The notes beneath the pieces are model-generated. The model was not told the origin of the DNA. It saw only the letters and a list, made by a program, of their open reading frames with translations, and did not search any database. A program made the translations under genes and the position numbers. A stretch of DNA of 64,000 nt, from the NCBI GenBank assembly GCA_044226215.1, contig JBGAHK010000003.1:153509-217508 (forward strand), given 5' to 3'. Below, in pieces: positions 8,228 through 16,310 of the stretch (its first letter is position 1; each line of letters begins with the position of its first letter). The stretch is from Fimbriimonadaceae bacterium (GTDB lineage Bacteria; Armatimonadota; Fimbriimonadia; Fimbriimonadales; Fimbriimonadaceae).

Positions 8228-10638
8228 CGGGCTTCTCCTTCGTAGTAGACCTTGCGGTTCAGCAGGAGCTGGAGCAAGGTGAAGACAAGGATCACGAGGA
8301 ACAGGATCCAGGCAAGAGCGGAGGCGTAGCCCATACGCAAGTTACGGAATGCGTTGTCGTAGAGGTGGAGCATGAAGACGCGCGTGGCGTCGTTCGGACT
8401 TCCTGCACCCGCCGTGATGACGAACACCTGCGTGAATACCTGGAACGACCCAATGACACCGGTGATGAGAACGAAGTAAAGCGATGGCGTGAGCAGCGGG
8501 AACGTGATCGTCCGGAATCGCTGCCAGGGGCTCGCGCCGTCGAGTGTCGCAGCCTCGTAGTAGAAGCTCGGAATGCCCTGCAGACCGGCGAGCAGAATGA
8601 CCATGCTGCCGCCAACGCTCCACAGCGACATGATGATGAAGCTCGCCAAAGCGAGGCGTTCATCCCCCATCCAGTTGGCGGGATCGGTCTTGCCCGTGAT
8701 CTGCGTCATCAGCGAACCGAGACCGAAGAGGTTTCGGTCACCGTTGGCGCCGTAAATCACCGAGTTGATGAGACCGCCTTCCTGCTGGAAGATCTTCCGC
8801 CAAACCAGCGACGAGGCGACCGTGCTCGCCAAAGCGGGCAGATAGAAGCAGGTCCGATAAAGCGAAATGCCCCGAACGTTGATGTTGAGCAATAACGCCA
8901 GGGCAAGTGCGACGACAATGCCACATGGCACCGAAACAATCGTATAGATGGCGCTGACGGCCAGCGACTTCCAGAACCGCGGGTCGGATCCGAAGATCTC
9001 GCCGTAGTTGCCGAGTCCTCGATAGCGTGCGGGCTGGATAATGTCCCAATCCGTGGCGCTCATGACCAGGGAGACCAGCATGGGGCCCACGGTAAACACA
9101 AGCGCACCGATCAGCCAGGGCGAGATAAATCCATAGGCGGCGCGCGTTTCGCCTTTCGAATAAGCGACCTTGGTCGGCTGCTTGGATGGCCAATACACCC
9201 AACCCACGAGCGCAGCGATCAGTCCCAAGATGAAGATGGCCGCGCCCGTCCAGTTGAGGACCGGCAGCTTCTCTTGCTTGAGGATATCGTTGAGCCGATT
9301 TTGGGCGAGGTCCTGCGCCTGACTCAGTCCCTCTTTGGCCGAAAGAGTGCCGTTCCAGATCGCATCCTGCTTCGCACCGAGCATCTGGAGCAACTCGGGC
9401 CAGTAGCTTGCGTTGGGCGTGAAGGTGGCACTGGGGACCAGTGTGTCCGTAATGATACGGTTCGCGGGATAGCGCTCCTCGATCGGCGTTTGGTCGTTCG
9501 GAATCCACGCGGGCGAGAGCGCAAGCTTTTGGATCGCGGGCTGAGCGATACCTGCCTTCGCCATCGCGAGCATGCCGGGGGCGCCGGCCATATAGGTGGC
9601 GAGAAGCCACGCCTCTTTCGGATGCGGCGTGGACGACATCACCGCGTAGCCCGAGCCACCCGACGGATGGGCGCGGACGCCGTGGGCGTAAGCTGGGACC
9701 ATCGCGATGTCCCAATCGAAGAACTCCTTCGAGCCGGGGACGAGCGCGCGGCGGAACTTGATCGAGTCCCAGATGCCGCAGTAGTACATGGCGGCTTTTT
9801 GACTGGAGAAAAGCTGGTCGGCGGTGGACTGCACCACCGAGCTCAATTCGGTCGGCGAAGCGATCCACTTTTTCTTCTTGTCGAGGAAGATGTCGGCGAG
9901 GAATTCGTGGGCTTTCAGAACGCGCGGATCATCGAACATCACCCGCGTTGGCGATTCGCTGTTGTTCGCGTATCGAGCACCCTGCGAGTACACGAAGAGA
10001 TCGGCAACGGCGCCCGGGAAGAACGGGGCGAGGCCGTAGCGAGCGACGCGGCCACGCGTGTCGTATTTCGTCATCTGCTTCAGAACCCAGAGGAAGTCCT
10101 TCTCTTTCAGTTCGGGCCGGACTTTGAAATCCCACGTCCACGTGCCATCCGGATAGGGAATTCCTGCCTCATCGAACAGCCGTTTGTTGTAGTAGATGAG
10201 GCCGATCGGGGCGATGTCGCGCGGGAGTACGTACAGCTTGCCTTGCCAGGAATGGGCTTTGACGATCGGACCGTAGTAGTCCTTGATGTTGAAGCCGGGA
10301 ATCTGGTCGTAAAAGTTGTCCAGAACGCTGAGCGCGCCGCGCTTGGCGAAATTCTGGAACTGGTCGGGATTGAGCATCGCCACGTCGGGCGCGACGCCAG
10401 CCGCGTATTGGGCGAGCAGCTTCGTGAAGTAGTCGTTGTAGGCGACGTTCTCGAGCTTGACCCGTATGTTCGGATGTTCCTTTTCGAACTGCCGCGCCAC
10501 GCCGCGCAAGATCTGGAGCGCCTCGTCACCGTCCCACACGACGAACCGAAGCGTGATCGGCTCGGCGCGGCAAACAGCGACCAAGGCGAAGAGACAGGCG
10601 ATCAGCCCGAGTCTGAACCACGTTGCCACAATCCGCAT
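8224..10638 (-). CDS. fusion protein: extracellular solute-binding protein (family 1-like) + linker TM helix + MalF/UgpA-like ABC permease
   Basis: The ORF track gives 8224-10794, but the first 52 codons overlap the GH44 gene end. The ATG at 10638 gives the signal MRIVATWFRLGLIACLFALVAVC. Then come about 460 aa of SBP-like sequence, the hydrophobic helix AAIFILGLIAALVGWVYW, and a permease (YGFISPWLIGALVFTVGPML, EAA-type loop YYEAATLDGASPWQRF). Confidence 0.8.
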   Translation of the reverse strand: MRIVATWFRLGLIACLFALVAVCRAEPITLRFVVWDGDEALQILRGVARQFEKEHPNIRVKLENVAYNDYFTKLLAQYAAGVAPDVAMLNPDQFQNFAKRGALSVLDNFYDQIPGFNIKDYYGPIVKAHSWQGKLYVLPRDIAPIGLIYYNKRLFDEAGIPYPDGTWTWDFKVRPELKEKDFLWVLKQMTKYDTRGRVARYGLAPFFPGAVADLFVYSQGARYANNSESPTRVMFDDPRVLKAHEFLADIFLDKKKKWIASPTELSSVVQSTADQLFSSQKAAMYYCGIWDSIKFRRALVPGSKEFFDWDIAMVPAYAHGVRAHPSGGSGYAVMSSTPHPKEAWLLATYMAGAPGMLAMAKAGIAQPAIQKLALSPAWIPNDQTPIEERYPANRIITDTLVPSATFTPNASYWPELLQMLGAKQDAIWNGTLSAKEGLSQAQDLAQNRLNDILKQEKLPVLNWTGAAIFILGLIAALVGWVYWPSKQPTKVAYSKGETRAAYGFISPWLIGALVFTVGPMLVSLVMSATDWDIIQPARYRGLGNYGEIFGSDPRFWKSLAVSAIYTIVSVPCGIVVALALALLLNINVRGISLYRTCFYLPALASTVASSLVWRKIFQQEGGLINSVIYGANGDRNLFGLGSLMTQITGKTDPANWMGDERLALASFIIMSLWSVGGSMVILLAGLQGIPSFYYEAATLDGASPWQRFRTITFPLLTPSLYFVLITGVIGSFQVFTQVFVITAGAGSPNDATRVFMLHLYDNAFRNLRMGYASALAWILFLVILVFTLLQLLLNRKVYYEGEAR

Positions 10639-10660
10639 GAGCTTGTGTAGCCTACCGGCT

Positions 10661-10674
10661 GCGAAACGTTTCGC
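10661..10674. promoter_or_regulatory. perfect 14-bp LacI-type palindrome GCGAAACGTTTCGC (candidate operator)
   Basis: Perfect inverted repeat with the AAACGTTT core typical of LacI/GalR-family operators. It sits 23 nt upstream of the ATG of the SBP::permease gene. An identical copy lies at 62347-62360. Confidence 0.5.
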
Positions 10675-10675
10675 G

Positions 10676-12241
10676 CTAAGGCTGCGCGATGACGCTGACG
10701 ACGCTCTCCTTAGGCGCCTGGAGTTCGATGACGTCGCCGGTGACCTTCGCAGGAATCTCCTTGCGGCCCGGTAACGATTCGGCGGTAACGGCAAATGCGC
10801 GTGCGCTGCGAGGACGAAGGCCCTTCAGGGAGAGTCGCAGCGACTGGGCGTCGCCCAGCTTATTGATCGCGACGATGGTCACGCGGCCCTTCGCGTCTTT
10901 CGCCGCGTACACCGCGTTTTTGGCGGCTTCTTCGCCCTTGACTTTCAGGCCCTGGTCGCCGAACTGGGCACCTTGCCCATCCATGTTGAGAAAAGCCTCG
11001 AAGCCGGCGAGGATCGCCTTGTCGGTGGGTTTGACCCCCCAATGCGCGGCCGCGAACACGCCGTAGCGGCCGAAGAGACCCAGCACATCGGCTTGCGCCA
11101 TCGCGCCGCTGATGACGTTCTCGCCGCCGTAGTTGTATTCGTTGAACGACAGCTTCATCTCCGGACAATATTTCGCGATCCGACCGAAGGTATCGGGAAG
11201 CAGGGTGATGGGCTTGCCTCCGTTCGACTGCGTGATCCAGCTCGTCTCCACGTAGGTGGGATCCCAGAGCGATCGCGGTGCCATGATCCGCGCGGCGGGC
11301 GTCCCCGGCTTGTCCGGACCGTTGCAGATGCGCACGCCATCTCCTTGCGCTTCCGGATACCAGTGCAGGTCGAGCACGTCGACCACCTGCTTTTTCGCTT
11401 TTTGATTGGCGGCGTGGATCGCCTCGAGATACATATCGAGGAAGTCGCGGCCACCAAGGTCGGGGGCGTCCTGGAACGTGCGGTACCCGTTCCACCCGTA
11501 GCTCGCGAGACCAAATACCATGGCTTTCGGCGCGATGTTTTTGATCATCGAACCGAACTCGATGTTGTTGGCGATGATCTGGGCCGCAGTGGGATTCTTG
11601 GGCCAAATCCGCTGGTGGGTGCTGCCCCAAAGGTCGGGCTCGTTATCCAGGCTGAACCAGAGCGGCGTTTTGGGCGAGGCCACACGCGTGATCCAAGAGA
11701 CGAACTCGTCTTGATAGACCTCTTGGTCGTCGGTGTTCGGTGGATAGGCGTAAGCGCCGCCCGGCTTGGTCGAGAGCGATTTGTGGAACCGGACCGACAG
11801 ATAATTCGGCGTCTTGTTAACGTCGCCATCGCCGTTCTTATCGGCGGAAACGTAGCCGGCCGTGGGCAGAGTTAGGATGACGGCGGCGCCCAACTGCTGC
11901 GCCTTGTCCATAAACGTCTTGGCCGTCCATCCCGGCTCGTTCGAGTCACCGATGTAGTTGTCGTTCTGGTGATGGAAATCGTTGCCTGCGTTGCTCGCGT
12001 TGGTTTCCCAGTTGTAGGCGGTCATTCGGTTGCCGCCCATGCGAGCATAGGTGAAGGGCACCGTGTACTGCTTCCAATCGGGATCACCCGCCCCGAACGG
12101 GTAATTGATGCCGTAGATGTAGCGACTGATCGGTTTGACGGATCCTCCATCGATCTCGATCGTGGTCGACGCGGTTTGGGGCGTTGTGCAGCCCACCAGC
12201 CCGGAGGTCAAGAGTAGTGCGATCCAAGTCATGCCTTTCAC
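10676..12241 (-). CDS. GH44 endoglucanase/xyloglucanase-like lipoprotein
   Basis: 521 aa. Lipobox LLLTSGLVGC. Motifs: GGNRMTAYNWETNASNAG, acid/base FSLDNEPDLW, nucleophile region SFNEYNYGG. Starts at GTG 12241 or ATG 12232. Confidence 0.8.
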   Translation of the reverse strand: MKGMTWIALLLTSGLVGCTTPQTASTTIEIDGGSVKPISRYIYGINYPFGAGDPDWKQYTVPFTYARMGGNRMTAYNWETNASNAGNDFHHQNDNYIGDSNEPGWTAKTFMDKAQQLGAAVILTLPTAGYVSADKNGDGDVNKTPNYLSVRFHKSLSTKPGGAYAYPPNTDDQEVYQDEFVSWITRVASPKTPLWFSLDNEPDLWGSTHQRIWPKNPTAAQIIANNIEFGSMIKNIAPKAMVFGLASYGWNGYRTFQDAPDLGGRDFLDMYLEAIHAANQKAKKQVVDVLDLHWYPEAQGDGVRICNGPDKPGTPAARIMAPRSLWDPTYVETSWITQSNGGKPITLLPDTFGRIAKYCPEMKLSFNEYNYGGENVISGAMAQADVLGLFGRYGVFAAAHWGVKPTDKAILAGFEAFLNMDGQGAQFGDQGLKVKGEEAAKNAVYAAKDAKGRVTIVAINKLGDAQSLRLSLKGLRPRSARAFAVTAESLPGRKEIPAKVTGDVIELQAPKESVVSVIAQP

Positions 12242-14197
12242 CTATTTGCTTTTCGTTCTGAGCCAGAGAATGGAGTCGCGACCCGTTACCGGCAAGCGTG
12301 ACGTGGCTTTGCCGTTGCGAATCGTCAGCGAAACGGACGTCGCCTTCCCGGTGTCGAGATCGATCAGCTGTCCAGAGGCGACTCCGGATCGGAGGGGCAG
12401 ATTGCCCAGCGCCAGCCGCGCGGAGCCGGTAGCGGTCGCCTTTTCCAGTCGACTGAATACGAGATTTCGGCTGGCGACGGTGGTCGCGCTGACTTCTGGC
12501 GCGATGCCGGGGATGACGACACGCGTGATCTGGATCCAGTCGCTTCCGTCGTTATCGAGTTCGATCGTGACGGCTCCGGCCGAGAACGGCACTTCGATCT
12601 CTTCGACCTTAATGAACGTCGTCCCGCCCGCGTAGTCGCGGCGCACGACTTCCTTGCCATTCACCCGAGCGATGAATGCACCGCCCGTACCGGAAATCGA
12701 GCCGATCCGGAAGACGGCTTTCCCTGCCTGGGGCGCGCGGAACATCAGCCGAATCGGTTTGGGCCGCATCTCGGGGTGGCCCTTGCCCTGGTGGAAGCTC
12801 GAGAACTCGGTCATCTTGTCGATGTCCTGCGGCAAGGTGTACTCGAATCGCCGCGTGGGTTCCCAGCCCCCTGCCGGCGCGAACGTTAGGTCCGCACCGA
12901 GCTTGGAGTCCAGCTCAAGGTGGGTGCGGGCGAGCCCCACCTCGCCCAGCACCCGGCTGTCGTCGAAAATCTTTCGGGCTCGTTTCCACTCGCCGAGCAA
13001 GTTGTAGCGCGGCACGACATCCCAGGTCCAGAACTGGGCGGCGCCACTGTGGAGCGCGAGCAACCCGCCATAGATGCCGTCGCGGACGGCCTGCGTCTGG
13101 GTGGTCCGTCCGCCACCGAAATCGCCGGGACCAACTTCGCCGAACATGTACGGCTTGTTGCCTTCCACTTTGGCACCCAGAACCATCGCGAGCACCCGCG
13201 GCGGGTAGCCGTGGGGCTGCATCATGTCGACGTTCTTCCAAATCGGCAACGAGACTTCGGAACTGGTCAGGACGAGATGATGGGGATCGATCGATCGCAC
13301 GTAGTCCGCCATTTCGTTGTGCCAGACGCCGACTTCGGCTTTGCGATTCTTGTTGACCGCGTCCACCCATTGGACTTCGTTGAACAGCTCCCAGCCCATG
13401 ATCGCGGGGGAATAGCCCCAGCGCGCTATGGCGTAGCGAATCCAGTCTTTGGAGAGCTTTTTGGCCTGCTGATCGGTAAAGAAGTCGGTTGGGTCCGCGA
13501 GAAATCCGCCGTTCGCCTTGTTCCACGGATTGTCCGACCAGTTCGGATTCGTGGTGGTGCTCCACTGGCCGTGGTGGAAGAGCACGAACTGGAATCGGAT
13601 TCCCGCTTTTTCGGCCGCCTTGACGATGCGGTCCCATTGAGCCAAGGACTTGGGCCAATATTCGCCGAGCGGCAGTTTGACGGTTTTGTCGTCCGGCCAC
13701 CAAGGGTTCTTTCCGTCCCAATGACAGGCCCAAATGCGGCTCCAGTTCATGCCCGACGCGCCCATCTGGGTCAAGAATTCGGGAATCGGCGGATGGCCGG
13801 AGCTCATCCAGCCCAGGTTCATGCCGAGGGGCCAATACGGTTTCCCGTTGTCGAGTTCGAGACCGGTGCGTCCGCCTTTGCGAACGAAGCCAGCATCGAG
13901 TTTCTGCGAGAGCGATACCTTGGCGGAGCCCGCTTGCGCGCCATTGACCGTGAGCTCGGCGCGATAGTCGCCGGCGCTCGGGCCGATGAGCGTCGCCTTC
14001 CAAGACCGGTCGTCGTAGTACGCGGGCACCCGGACCGAGGTGCTGCCCTTGGTGAAGGTCACCCAGGCATCATTCGCGCTCGTGTCGTACGGGTTTCCCG
14101 TGACGGCCGTGCCAAAAGACACCGTCGCTGGACCGAACCACGTGTTGGGCGCCGATTGCCCAACGATTGTGAGTAGAAGCGCCGTCGCCAATCCCAT
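12242..14197 (-). CDS. secreted clan GH-A (GH5-like) glycoside hydrolase with flanking beta-sandwich regions
   Basis: 651 aa with an N-terminal signal-like segment. WELFNEVQW is an NE acid/base motif and YMFGEVGPG a nucleophile Glu motif. The exact family cannot be assigned by eye. Confidence 0.6.
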   Translation of the reverse strand: MGLATALLLTIVGQSAPNTWFGPATVSFGTAVTGNPYDTSANDAWVTFTKGSTSVRVPAYYDDRSWKATLIGPSAGDYRAELTVNGAQAGSAKVSLSQKLDAGFVRKGGRTGLELDNGKPYWPLGMNLGWMSSGHPPIPEFLTQMGASGMNWSRIWACHWDGKNPWWPDDKTVKLPLGEYWPKSLAQWDRIVKAAEKAGIRFQFVLFHHGQWSTTTNPNWSDNPWNKANGGFLADPTDFFTDQQAKKLSKDWIRYAIARWGYSPAIMGWELFNEVQWVDAVNKNRKAEVGVWHNEMADYVRSIDPHHLVLTSSEVSLPIWKNVDMMQPHGYPPRVLAMVLGAKVEGNKPYMFGEVGPGDFGGGRTTQTQAVRDGIYGGLLALHSGAAQFWTWDVVPRYNLLGEWKRARKIFDDSRVLGEVGLARTHLELDSKLGADLTFAPAGGWEPTRRFEYTLPQDIDKMTEFSSFHQGKGHPEMRPKPIRLMFRAPQAGKAVFRIGSISGTGGAFIARVNGKEVVRRDYAGGTTFIKVEEIEVPFSAGAVTIELDNDGSDWIQITRVVIPGIAPEVSATTVASRNLVFSRLEKATATGSARLALGNLPLRSGVASGQLIDLDTGKATSVSLTIRNGKATSRLPVTGRDSILWLRTKSK

Positions 14198-14255
14198 CGA
14201 GAGTTAGTATAACGGTAAATCTCGATTCGTGGCGATGCGGCGCTCAGTTTTTTTC

Positions 14256-16226
14256 TCAGGGCTTGGGAAAGGACAGAAGCGGCCAGTCATCCGTGCGGAA
14301 CGGAGTGGCGGGCAGGCCTTCTCGATTGCGCAGGTTGTTGGCGGGATCGGCATCCCAGGCGTACCGAACGGCGACCGGCTGCGCGACCTCCGCTGATTCC
14401 ACGACCACCGCGTCCCCTTCGATCCGGGCCGTGGCCCAGTGCCACTTGCGGTCGCTCCCGGCGACAGCGAATCCAACGAGATCCGTGTTCTTCGGTTCGA
14501 GGCCCCCGCCGACGCTGGTGAATCTCAGGCGAATCTTGTTGCCGTCGATCGTCTGTCCGGCGAAGGTAGGACCCTGATCCACCACCGCTTTCCCGTAGGT
14601 GCGGTGGAGCGCGAGGAGTGCCAGGCGCTTGCCAACGTCCTGTTTGTTCTTGGGATGGATATCCTTGGCGTCGCCGATGTCGACGGTGACAGCGAGGCCG
14701 CTGTTTGGAATCTCCTTGGCCGCGATCGCCTGGGCATAGCGCAGTTCCGCCCACGATTCGTCGCCGGGCTGGACCATGCGATTGCCGTAGGAAGACAGCT
14801 GCACGATGTAGAACGGCATGTTCGGGTTTTCGAACGCCTGGCGCCATCCGCTCGACATTCCCTTGAGAATCTTCACGTACTGGCCGGCTCGCCCGACGTT
14901 GCTCTCGCCCTGGTACCAGATCGCTCCTTTCACGGCCATCGGCGCGTACGGATGCATCATCGCGTTGTACAGGCTGGCGGGAGCTGAGGGGTTGTTCTCG
15001 ACCACCATTGGGAACGGTCCAGTCTGCTTGAGGGTGGCGCCCACACCCAGCTTCCAATTGCCGATCTTGACGGGACCCGACGGCCGGTAGACCACCACGT
15101 TATCCGGGCCAGAGCCCACGCCGCCGCCACCATTGCCCGAGAGAAGTCGGATCGCCACCCGGTTACGGCCTGCTCGCATCGCCGATCCCAAAACTTTGTA
15201 CTGCTGCCAGATCAGGCCGTTGTTCGAAGTGCCAACGTACTTGCCGTTGAGCCACACCGAGCACGTATCCCAAGCCGAGCCCACGGAGAGCACGATCTCT
15301 TCTGAAGCATTGGGCTCGGATTTGAGGTCGAACTCGCCCCTCAGCCACACGACGCCAGGATGGTCCTTCACGCCCATCGCGGGATAAGTGTTCGGGCCCG
15401 CAATGGACTTCCAAGCCGAGTCGTCATACTGCTCGCTCTCGGCGTGGGCAGCAGAAAGCGGATCATTCTTGCCGAACCAGCGTTCGACGATCACCGACTC
15501 GGCTTCCGCTCCGGGTTTGAGTCGCTCGTCGATGGTTTGGAACTGGGGCTTCCAGTCGCCGATCTTCTCGAGTTCGGCGCGCGGCACCCAAGCCTCACCG
15601 GCCGTGCCGCCCCAACTTGTCGCGACCAGGCCGATCGGAACGTCGAGCTTCTCGTTCAGCTCGCGGCCGAAGAAATAGGCGGTGGCCGGGAAGCCGCCCC
15701 ATCCTCCCTGGGCGATGTTCTGCGGCGTGCAGAGGGCCCATGATCCCGCGACGAGCGGGAGCGGGCTCAGTCCCATGCCGCGCAAGCCAAGGAAAAGTCG
15801 AAGCGTCGGGTGGTTGGCGGCTTGGATCTCCTTCTGGGCATCGTTGACCATCGACACGCCCATCTCCATGTTCGATTGGCCGCTGCAGATCCAGACATCG
15901 CCGACCAGGATGTCGCTGAGCGATACCGTCCCGGCCGAGCCGACGACGGAAAGCTGATACGGGCCGCCGGTCTTGGGGGGATCGATCCGCACCATCCACT
16001 TGCCATCGCTGGCGGCGGTGGCTTTGGCTTGCCGGCCCGCCCAATCCACACGGACGGTGGCGCCCGGCTGATCCCAGCCCCAGAACACGCTGGGCCGGTC
16101 GCGCTGCACCACCATGTGGTTCCCGAAAACAGGGCTGAGGAGGGGACGATCGGCGACCGTCGATGACATCGCGAGCATCAAAGCGCAAGGCAGCATATCG
16201 CCATCATGGCCGATTTTCCGCCGCAC
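14256..16226 (-). CDS. sialate O-acetylesterase (SASA/DUF303) family carbohydrate esterase
   Basis: 656 aa. Motifs GDVWICSGQSNME and LVATSWGGTAGEAW. An alternative start at 16196 gives MLPCALMLAMSS. Confidence 0.75.
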   Translation of the reverse strand: MRRKIGHDGDMLPCALMLAMSSTVADRPLLSPVFGNHMVVQRDRPSVFWGWDQPGATVRVDWAGRQAKATAASDGKWMVRIDPPKTGGPYQLSVVGSAGTVSLSDILVGDVWICSGQSNMEMGVSMVNDAQKEIQAANHPTLRLFLGLRGMGLSPLPLVAGSWALCTPQNIAQGGWGGFPATAYFFGRELNEKLDVPIGLVATSWGGTAGEAWVPRAELEKIGDWKPQFQTIDERLKPGAEAESVIVERWFGKNDPLSAAHAESEQYDDSAWKSIAGPNTYPAMGVKDHPGVVWLRGEFDLKSEPNASEEIVLSVGSAWDTCSVWLNGKYVGTSNNGLIWQQYKVLGSAMRAGRNRVAIRLLSGNGGGGVGSGPDNVVVYRPSGPVKIGNWKLGVGATLKQTGPFPMVVENNPSAPASLYNAMMHPYAPMAVKGAIWYQGESNVGRAGQYVKILKGMSSGWRQAFENPNMPFYIVQLSSYGNRMVQPGDESWAELRYAQAIAAKEIPNSGLAVTVDIGDAKDIHPKNKQDVGKRLALLALHRTYGKAVVDQGPTFAGQTIDGNKIRLRFTSVGGGLEPKNTDLVGFAVAGSDRKWHWATARIEGDAVVVESAEVAQPVAVRYAWDADPANNLRNREGLPATPFRTDDWPLLSFPKP

Positions 16227-16310
16227 AAGCGCCGCAAAAGAATGTCAACAAGCGTGATCCATGACCTGGATTTTGCCAACGAATTGGGTTCAACTGGCTA
16301 AAATAATGGG

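Noticed and set aside
10639-10794. 52-codon N-terminal extension of the SBP::permease ORF (MPLPPNRYRAARRFLRR...)
   Set aside because: It is Arg/Ser-rich low-complexity sequence that overlaps the 3' end of the GH44 gene. The internal ATG at 10638 gives a proper signal peptide and leaves the operator-like palindrome intergenic.
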